A DNA stretch of 64,000 bases, from positions 21,577 through 85,576 of the forward strand of contig JAPVXD010000159.1 of NCBI GenBank assembly GCA_027493095.1. Direction: 5' to 3'. Each line of letters starts with the position of its first letter. Position 1 is the stretch's first letter. The notes below the pieces were generated by a model. It saw nothing but the letters and a program-made list of their open reading frames with translations. It was not told where the DNA came from and searched no databases. Of the stretch, positions 55,510 through 62,396 are shown piece after piece. Origin of the DNA: Candidatus Multivorans azotirespirans (GTDB lineage: Bacteria > Acidobacteriota > Thermoanaerobaculia > Multivoradales > Multivoraceae). Both the position numbers and the translations under genes were made by a program.

Positions 55510-55539
55510 GACGAGTTGAGAGGAGACAGCGGAGCGACG

Positions 55540-55995
55540 ATGGATCTGGCAAGCCTGGCGAAGCCGCAACTCATCTTCCCGGACTTCGAGGCCAAGAGCC
55601 GGGACGGCGCCCTGCGCGCCCTGACCGAGCGGATCTGCCGAATACTCGGGCTGGCGGATCCGGATGTCGTCCTGTCGGCTCTGCGCGAACGGGAAGAGCT
55701 GGGCTCAACCGCCCTCGGAGACGGCCTGGCCGTGCCCCACGGACGGATCCGCGGCCTGAGGGACATCGTGCTGGCAGTGGCGGTCTCCAGGCGGGGCGTC
55801 GACTACGGCGCCGAGGACGGCCGGCCGGTGCGAGTCTTCTTCGTTCTGCTCTCGCCCCAGGAAAGCGCCGGCCGCCACCTCAAGGCGCTCGCGGCCGTGT
55901 CGGAATGGATGCACCACGGCGGCCGGGAGCGCCTGCTCAAGGCGAGAAAGCCGCAGGAGATCTACGAGCTGCTGTGCGCCAACGGGCGTGTCTGA
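55540..55995 (+). CDS. ptsN: PTS IIA-like nitrogen regulatory protein
   Basis: EIIA(Ntr/Fru) fold with the phosphorylatable His context GLAVPHGRI. In the canonical position after rpoN. An in-frame TTG at 55516 is an alternative start. Confidence 0.85.
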   Translation: MDLASLAKPQLIFPDFEAKSRDGALRALTERICRILGLADPDVVLSALREREELGSTALGDGLAVPHGRIRGLRDIVLAVAVSRRGVDYGAEDGRPVRVFFVLLSPQESAGRHLKALAAVSEWMHHGGRERLLKARKPQEIYELLCANGRV

Positions 55996-56884
55996 GTTGC
56001 CGGTCCGCCTGTTCGTCATCACGGGCCTTTCCGGCTCGGGGAAGAGCACGGTGGCCCGCTGCTTCGAGGATCTGGGCTATCACTGCATCGACAACCTGCC
56101 GCTGCCCCTGCTGCGCCACCTCGTCCAGGAACCGGCAGCCGCCGCACCCTCCCTCGACGCGATCGTCCTGGTCACGGACGTGCGCACGCCTGGCCTCGCG
56201 GAGGAGCTGCCCCGACTCCTGGACGACGCGGATCCGGCGGTAGTCGAACCGGTACTGCTGTTCCTCGACAGCTCGGACGACGTTCTCGTCCGGCGCTACT
56301 CGGAGACGCGTCGGCGTCATCCCCTGACCGCGGCGGGGGAGCGGGTCATCGACGGCATTCGGCGGGAACGGCGGCAACTCGCCGAGCTGCGAGGCCGGGC
56401 CTCCCGGGTTCTCGACACGACGGATTCGACGATTCACGAACTTCGAGCCGCCATCTACAACGAGTTCGCCTCGAGCGACGCCGGCGGACTGACGGTCAAC
56501 ATCGTCAGCTTCGGCTTCAAGTTCGGCGTCCCCTCCGGCGTTGACCTGATGTTCGACGTCCGCTTCCTGCCGAATCCGTACTTCGTCGCGGAACTGAGGG
56601 ACAAGCCCGGAACGGATGGGGAGGTGCAGCGGTTTCTGCACGGACACAGGGCCTTCGGCGGGCTCGTCCGGCGCCTCGAAGACCTCCTCGCCTACCTCCT
56701 TCCCAGGTTTCGCGACGAGAAGCGGAGCTATCTGACGGTCGGGATCGGCTGCACTGGCGGTCGGCACCGTTCGGTCGCGGTCTCCGAAGCCGTGGCCGAT
56801 CGTCTTGCGGCAGGCGCCTGGCAGATCCGCCTGCAGCACCGCGATGTCGAACGTCACCGGATGGCCCCAGCCGCCGGGCCATGA
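55988..56884 (+). CDS. rapZ: RNase adapter protein RapZ (P-loop ATPase YhbJ family)
   Basis: ITGLSGSGKSTVARCFEDLGYHCIDNLP and a C-terminal GCTGGRHRSV motif. Confidence 0.93.
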   Translation: MSELPVRLFVITGLSGSGKSTVARCFEDLGYHCIDNLPLPLLRHLVQEPAAAAPSLDAIVLVTDVRTPGLAEELPRLLDDADPAVVEPVLLFLDSSDDVLVRRYSETRRRHPLTAAGERVIDGIRRERRQLAELRGRASRVLDTTDSTIHELRAAIYNEFASSDAGGLTVNIVSFGFKFGVPSGVDLMFDVRFLPNPYFVAELRDKPGTDGEVQRFLHGHRAFGGLVRRLEDLLAYLLPRFRDEKRSYLTVGIGCTGGRHRSVAVSEAVADRLAAGAWQIRLQHRDVERHRMAPAAGP

Positions 56885-57312
56885 CGGTTCCGGTTCTCAT
56901 CGTTTCGCATGGCGATCTAGCCCGCGAGTTGCTCGCATCCGCGAGAGCGATCTCCGGCCAGCATTCGAGTACGGGGAACGCGCCGATTCACGCGCTATGC
57001 GTCGACTGGCGCGCCGGCCCTGCGCAGGCGACCCGCCTGATCGAAACCAGGATCCGCCAACTCGACCAGGAGCATGGCTCCGGCGTACTGATCCTGACCG
57101 AGATGTTCGGCGACACTCCCTGCAACAGCGCGCTGCGCGCTGCCGGAGTGGCCAGGGCGGCCGTGGTCACCGGCGTCAACCTGCCGATGGTGCTCAGTCT
57201 GTGTTGCGGCGCGCCCGACCTGGACCTGCCCGACCTGGCGGACTGGATCTGGAGCAACGGCCGCAAGAGCATCCAACTGGCGGCGACTGGTCTGGCGCGG
57301 CCCGCGGAATGA
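56881..57312 (+). CDS. PTS EIIA component, mannose/fructose family
   Basis: VLIVSHGDLA carries the active-site His context of EIIA-Man, and LTEMFGDTPCN is also present. Stop and start overlap on both sides. Confidence 0.8.
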   Translation: MTVPVLIVSHGDLARELLASARAISGQHSSTGNAPIHALCVDWRAGPAQATRLIETRIRQLDQEHGSGVLILTEMFGDTPCNSALRAAGVARAAVVTGVNLPMVLSLCCGAPDLDLPDLADWIWSNGRKSIQLAATGLARPAE

Positions 57313-57578
57313 GAGAACGCGTCGTCGAAGTCGTCAACGAGCTGGGTCTTCATGCGCGGGCCGCGGCAAGGCTGGTGCATACGGCGAAGCAGTTCCAGTC
57401 CAACGTGGTGCTTCGGGCCAATGGCCGCGAGACGGAAGCGACGAGCATTCTCGGTGTTCTCCTGCTTGGTGCGGGGCACGGCGCCAGGCTCACGGTACGT
57501 TGCCGCGGAGAGGACGAGCAGGCCGCCATGGCCGCCGTTTGCGATCTGATCCGGGCCCGCTTCGGGGAAGACGCATGA
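57309..57578 (+). CDS. ptsH: Phosphocarrier protein HPr/NPr
   Basis: NELGLHARAAARLV carries the His-15 context, plus the GEDE..A motif. 89 aa. Confidence 0.9.
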   Translation: MRERVVEVVNELGLHARAAARLVHTAKQFQSNVVLRANGRETEATSILGVLLLGAGHGARLTVRCRGEDEQAAMAAVCDLIRARFGEDA

Positions 57579-59344
57579 ACCGGCCGGGAAGGAGCCGGAT
57601 CGTTCAGGAGACGCTCCAGGGTGCGGCCGCCGCCCCGGGCGTCGCGATCGGTCCGGCCGTGTGTCTTCGTGGTCACGGTGTCCAGGTCCTTCGGGTGCCG
57701 ATCCGCACCGGCGACCTGGACCGCGAGGTGGAACGATTCGGCGCCGCCGTGCGCACTGTCGAGGCCGAACTGGAGGCCACCGAAAGCCGGATAGCCGAGA
57801 CGTACGGCAGCGACCTGGCGTCGATCTTCCACGCTCATTCGGTGATCCTGCGAGACTCCTCCTTCGCGCGCCGCATCGACCGGACGATCCGGGAAGATCG
57901 AGTCAACGCCGAGTGGGCGGTGCAGGCGGTGGCCGACGACCTCGGTGAGAAGTTCGCGCAAGTCAAGAGCCAGCATCTGCGCGAACGCGGCGAGGATCTT
58001 CGAGACGTCACCCGCTACCTCCTGCGCGCGCTTGCCGGCAAGAAGCAGACCCCTGGCGTCGGAGTCGACTTCGATCGCAACGTGGTCGTCGTCAGCCACG
58101 AGCTGACCCCGGACGAGGTACTGCGCCTGGGCCGTCACGGTGCGGTGGGCTTCGCGATCGAGGTCGGGGGCGCCAACTCCCACACGGCGATCGTCGCCAG
58201 GGCCCTGGACGTTCCTCTGGTCACCGGCATCGTGGACGTCACGAACCGCGTCGCTGACGACGATCCGGTGATCGTCGACGGCGAAGAAGGACGCTTTACC
58301 CTCCACCCGACGCCCGACACTCTCGAACGCTACGGGGTTCTCCAGCGTCGCCGCCGCCAGAAGGAGGAGGTGCTCACGACGGCAGCGAGAGAACTCCAGG
58401 CCAGAAGCCGCGACGGCGTCGAAGTCGAACTGCTCGCCAACGTGGAACTTCCCGAGGAGATCGAGGACGTGCAGCGCTTCGGCGCCGCCGGCATCGGTCT
58501 CTACAGGAGCGAATTCCTCTACCTCGAGAAGAGCCCGGAGCTTCCCACGGAGGAGGAGTACCTGGCGGTGGTCGGAGGGCTTCTTGAGGTTCTGGCACCC
58601 CAGCCTGTCGTCGTCCGCACGCTCGACCTCGGCGGAGGGAAGACGACCCGCGGCCTCGACGAACAGGAGGAGGAGAACCCGGTTCTGGGGCTGCGCGGCA
58701 TCCGGTTGACGCTTGCCCGCACGGACATCTTCCGCAGCCAGTTGCGCGCCCTGTTTCGCGCGGCGGCCTTTGGCAACCTGCGGATCATGGTTCCGATGGT
58801 GACGGCGGTGGAGGAGATCCGCGTGCTGCGCGAACTCTGCGCGGAGGTGTGCTCGGAACTCGCGGCCGAGGGTATCGACCACCGACGGGACGTCGAGATC
58901 GGCGCCATGGTCGAAGTACCGGCGACGGTTCTGATCGCCCGGCAGCTCGGGGCCGAAGTGGACTTCCTGTCGATCGGCACGAACGATCTGATCCAGTACG
59001 CACTGGCGGTCGACCGGACGAACGAGCGGGTGACCGACCTCTACCAGCCGCTGCACCCTGCCATCCTGAGCATGATCCAGCTCGTGGTCGAAGCCGGTCG
59101 CAGGCAGCGAGTGCCGGTGGCGCTCTGCGGCGAAATGGCCGCCAGTCCCGAGTGCGTTCCGCTGCTGCTGGGACTGGGCCTGCGTGAGCTTTCGATGAGT
59201 CCCCGGAACATCCCGCTGACGAAGGAGGTGGTGCGCACCGTCGACGTCGGCGACGCGGAGGAACTCGCCAGACGTTGCGTCGCCGCTTCGACCGCCGGCG
59301 AAGTCCGCGCGCTGCTCGCCGAGGCTCACGCCGCCTCGACGTAG
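57575..59344 (+). CDS. ptsI: Phosphoenolpyruvate-protein phosphotransferase (PTS enzyme I, no GAF domain)
   Basis: GGANSHTAIVARAL is the active-site His motif. GIGLYRSEFLY, FLSIGTNDLIQY and ALCGEMA are also present. Confidence 0.95.
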   Translation: MNRPGRSRIVQETLQGAAAAPGVAIGPAVCLRGHGVQVLRVPIRTGDLDREVERFGAAVRTVEAELEATESRIAETYGSDLASIFHAHSVILRDSSFARRIDRTIREDRVNAEWAVQAVADDLGEKFAQVKSQHLRERGEDLRDVTRYLLRALAGKKQTPGVGVDFDRNVVVVSHELTPDEVLRLGRHGAVGFAIEVGGANSHTAIVARALDVPLVTGIVDVTNRVADDDPVIVDGEEGRFTLHPTPDTLERYGVLQRRRRQKEEVLTTAARELQARSRDGVEVELLANVELPEEIEDVQRFGAAGIGLYRSEFLYLEKSPELPTEEEYLAVVGGLLEVLAPQPVVVRTLDLGGGKTTRGLDEQEEENPVLGLRGIRLTLARTDIFRSQLRALFRAAAFGNLRIMVPMVTAVEEIRVLRELCAEVCSELAAEGIDHRRDVEIGAMVEVPATVLIARQLGAEVDFLSIGTNDLIQYALAVDRTNERVTDLYQPLHPAILSMIQLVVEAGRRQRVPVALCGEMAASPECVPLLLGLGLRELSMSPRNIPLTKEVVRTVDVGDAEELARRCVAASTAGEVRALLAEAHAAST

Positions 59345-59404
59345 CCCGCACATTCAGTGCCGCCGGTCCGCCTGCTTCCGGTCGCGGGTAGTAATCTCCG
59401 CCCA

Positions 59405-60751
59405 ATGGAGCGCTTCTACATTGAGACGTGGGGCTGCCAGATGAACGAGCTGGACAGCCAGCGAATGGCAGGTCAGTTGATGCAGCAGGGCCTGCTGCCG
59501 ACCCGCGCCCTCGAAGACGCCGACCTGATCCTCCTGAACTCCTGCTCGGTCCGCGAAAAGGCCGCCCAGAAGGCGTACTCCCGGCTGGGGGAGTACCGGT
59601 TGCTCAAGCGCGACCGCGAGAACCTCCGGATCGGATTCTGCGGCTGCGTCGCTCAGCAGGAGGGCGAGGAAGCGTTGCGCCGGATTCCCGATCTCGACTT
59701 CGTCGTCGGCACCGGCCGGGTGGGGGAGCTCGGTTCGATCCTCAGGCGCAGCCGCGACGGCGAGCGGGTACTGGCGGTTGGCTTCCCGGAAGAACGGCCT
59801 TACGACTTCGAGGCGATCAGCCGCGACACGGCCCACAAGGGAATGGTCACGATCATCGAGGGTTGCAACAAGCGCTGCACCTTCTGCGTCGTCCCGAACA
59901 CCCGGGGACCGGAGCGCTGCCGGCCGATCGCGGACATCCTCCGCGAGATCGAGCACCTGCTGGACTACGGCTTTCTCGAGATCGAGCTCCTGGGTCAGAC
60001 GGTGAACCACTGGCGCGAGCCGGCGCCGCCGCTCGGCAGCGGCCGCGACCTGGACTTCGCCGACCTGCTCAACGCCGCCGCCGTCCTGCCGGGCCTGAAG
60101 CGCCTGCGCTTCGTGACTTCCTATCCGCGTGACTTCAGCGACGGGATGATCCGCGCCGTTGCACGTCACGCGAACATCTCGCCTTACCTTCACCTGCCGG
60201 TGCAGTCAGGATCGAATCGCGTGCTGCGCCGGATGGGCAGGGGATACACGGTGGAGGAGTACCTCGGGCTGGTGAACCGCCTGCGAGCGGCACGCAGCGG
60301 ACTTGCGCTGTCCACCGACCTGATCGTCGGCTTCCCGGGGGAGTCGGAAGAAGACTTCCAGCGCACCCTGGAATTCCTCGAAGCCGTGCGCTTCGCGACG
60401 GTGTTCGCGTTCAAGTACAGCCCCAGACCGAACACTGCGGCGATCCGGTTGCCGGCGTCGGACGAAGTGCCGCGCGAGGTCGCCGACCAGCGGCTGCAAC
60501 GTGTCTTCAGGACACAGTCCGCGATCCAGCGCGCGCTGAACGAGGAACTTGTGGGCTCGGAGTTCGACCTCCTCGTCACCGGCTGGAGTCGACGTGCCGG
60601 ACACCAGTCGGGACGCACGAACTGCCACCGGATCGTCCACTTTCCCGTGCCCGAGCCGCCGGCTGAAACAGGTTCCCTCGTACGGGTCCGTGCACTCCAG
60701 GCCTACGACCACTCGCTGATGGGCGAAGTTCTCGCCCGTGGCGTAGGATGA
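59405..60751 (+). CDS. miaB: tRNA-2-methylthio-N6-dimethylallyladenosine synthase
   Basis: MTTase N-terminal TWGCQMN, radical-SAM CNKRCTFCVVP, and a TRAM C-terminus. Confidence 0.93.
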   Translation: MERFYIETWGCQMNELDSQRMAGQLMQQGLLPTRALEDADLILLNSCSVREKAAQKAYSRLGEYRLLKRDRENLRIGFCGCVAQQEGEEALRRIPDLDFVVGTGRVGELGSILRRSRDGERVLAVGFPEERPYDFEAISRDTAHKGMVTIIEGCNKRCTFCVVPNTRGPERCRPIADILREIEHLLDYGFLEIELLGQTVNHWREPAPPLGSGRDLDFADLLNAAAVLPGLKRLRFVTSYPRDFSDGMIRAVARHANISPYLHLPVQSGSNRVLRRMGRGYTVEEYLGLVNRLRAARSGLALSTDLIVGFPGESEEDFQRTLEFLEAVRFATVFAFKYSPRPNTAAIRLPASDEVPREVADQRLQRVFRTQSAIQRALNEELVGSEFDLLVTGWSRRAGHQSGRTNCHRIVHFPVPEPPAETGSLVRVRALQAYDHSLMGEVLARGVG

Positions 60752-61341
60752 CCGGGATGACGGCGGACGAGGTCAAGGCCGGGGCGACCCGGGAGGAATC
60801 CGAGGATCGGAAGATCCCGGCCGAGGTCCACGGCCTGATGATGGAGCCGAACTCCAACCAGCCGATCGTGATCCTGCGGCTGCACGAGCACGACCCGGAA
60901 GAGAGTTCGGTCGTCCCGATCTGGATCGGCATCTTCGAGGCGGGCGCCATCCAACTTGCGATCGAGGGCAGGGATCCCGGTCGACCGATGACCCACGACC
61001 TGCTGAAGAACGCCCTCGACCTGGTCGGCGCCGAGGTCATCGAAGTGGTCGTCAGGGCGATCGAAGGAAACACCTTCCTGGCGGTCGTCGAGCTCGTCGA
61101 GCGTACCGGCGAGCACCGTCTTCTCGACGCGAGGCCGAGCGACGCCATCGCTCTCGCCCTGCGCGCCGGCGCGCCGCTCTTCGTGCGGCAATCCGTGGCC
61201 GATCTCGCCCGCGTCAAGCAGTCCGACCAGGACGACGGCGATGGCGCCGGCAAGGCTCCCGCGGCGGGAACGGACGAGAAGAAGATGAAGAAGTGGCTGG
61301 AGGAGCTCGACCCGAAGACGCTGGGAAAGTACGAGATGTAG
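60748..61341 (+). CDS. Bifunctional nuclease (BFN/DUF151) domain protein
   Basis: QPIVILRL......VVPIWIGIFEAGAI.LAIEG....RPMTHDLL and DARPSDAIALALR motifs. Acidic/basic C-terminal tail. Confidence 0.8.
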   Translation: MTGMTADEVKAGATREESEDRKIPAEVHGLMMEPNSNQPIVILRLHEHDPEESSVVPIWIGIFEAGAIQLAIEGRDPGRPMTHDLLKNALDLVGAEVIEVVVRAIEGNTFLAVVELVERTGEHRLLDARPSDAIALALRAGAPLFVRQSVADLARVKQSDQDDGDGAGKAPAAGTDEKKMKKWLEELDPKTLGKYEM

Positions 61342-61348
61342 CCGGCCG

Positions 61349-62251
61349 ATGCCGACGACGGAAGGCGAGACCAGACCCGACACCGCACAGACCTTCGGGG
61401 AAGTCCGCCGTTCCGCCGGGCGCACGGTGGGCCGGATGGTCCCTCTGGCCAGGATCGAGCCCGATCCGGAGCAACCCCGGCGCGATCTCGGCAGCCTGGA
61501 CGGGCTGATTGCCTCGATCCGGGCCAGAGGTGTGCTGGAACCCATCCTCGCGCGTCCGGTCGAACAGGTCGGCCCGGACGGAACGACGACCCGGCGCACG
61601 TACAGGATCATCTCCGGTGAGCGCCGGTTCCGGGCCGCGCGGCAGGCCGGACTCGGAGAGATTCCGTTGATCGAGATGGACGTCTCGCCACGGGACGCCC
61701 TGGAGATCGCCCTCGTCGAGAACCTCCAGCGTGCGGATCTGACACCGTTCGAGGAGGCGGAGGGCCTTCGAAGGCTGGTCGAGCGTCATGGCTACACGCA
61801 CGATCGGGTCGCCGGCGCGGTCGGCCGTTCCCGGGTCAGCGTGACGGAGTCCCTCGGGCTCCTGCGCATGCCCAGGGCCGTGCGCGAAACCGCGGTCGCG
61901 CTCGGCGTGGCCTCGACGAAGTCCATGCTGCTCGAAGTGATGAAGCTGGGCACGGAGGCCTCGATGATCCGGATGCTGGAGCGCATCGCGGAGCTCGGGC
62001 TCACGCGCGCGGAAGTGCGCGCCGAGATCCGGAAGCGCCGGTCCGTCGCGGACGAGGAGTCCCCGGCCGCGAAGTCGGGCGACCCCGGGAAGACGAAGGC
62101 TCACGTCTTCCGGTTTCGATCGGTCGATGACCGGTTCAGCGTCTCGCTCAGCTTCCGACAGGAAGTGGTCGAAGAGAGGGACCTCATTTCGGCGCTCGAG
62201 GAGCTCCTCGCCGAACTTCGTCGCGGTCGGAACGAGCCGGCCGTTCCCTAA
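61349..62251 (+). CDS. ParB/Spo0J-family protein without adjacent ParA, divergent C-terminus
   Basis: ParB box I (VLEPILARP), box II (IISGERRFRAARQAGL), ALVENLQRADLTPFEEAEG, and an HTH (VAGAVGRSRVSVTESLGLLRMP). The C-terminal 100 aa are not recognisable. Confidence 0.8.
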   Translation: MPTTEGETRPDTAQTFGEVRRSAGRTVGRMVPLARIEPDPEQPRRDLGSLDGLIASIRARGVLEPILARPVEQVGPDGTTTRRTYRIISGERRFRAARQAGLGEIPLIEMDVSPRDALEIALVENLQRADLTPFEEAEGLRRLVERHGYTHDRVAGAVGRSRVSVTESLGLLRMPRAVRETAVALGVASTKSMLLEVMKLGTEASMIRMLERIAELGLTRAEVRAEIRKRRSVADEESPAAKSGDPGKTKAHVFRFRSVDDRFSVSLSFRQEVVEERDLISALEELLAELRRGRNEPAVP

Positions 62252-62317
62252 GAAGGGGCTTTCGGGGCCTGGCACCGGCTCTTTCGGGAGGCGCGCCGTT
62301 CTCGCGTGGCCAGAGTC

Positions 62318-62345
62318 TGATAATGTCCATTATGTAAACAATATC
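62318..62345. promoter_or_regulatory. AT-rich island with a 6-2-6 palindrome upstream of lptF/G (candidate promoter or operator)
   Basis: TGATAATGTCCATTATGTAAACAATATC sits in an otherwise GC-rich intergenic region. ATAATG-TC-CATTAT occupies 62320-62333. The element lies about 50 nt upstream of the first ATG. Confidence 0.3.
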
Positions 62346-62396
62346 GAGGCGACCGCCCAAGCGGGCCGATGAGTCAGAATGGCGGCGGAAACCGCG

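Noticed and set aside
62268-62284. TGGCAC-CGGCT-CTTTC downstream of the parB-like gene as a sigma-54 promoter for lptFG
   Set aside because: The -24 element is perfect, but there is no GC dinucleotide at the -12 position.
62318-62336. Fur box call for TGATAATGTCCATTATG
   Set aside because: The half-sites resemble GATAAT/ATTATC, but the spacing (4 nt between arms) does not fit either the 19-bp or the 7-1-7 Fur consensus. The downstream gene (lptFG) is not an expected Fur target. I kept it only as a generic AT-rich palindrome.
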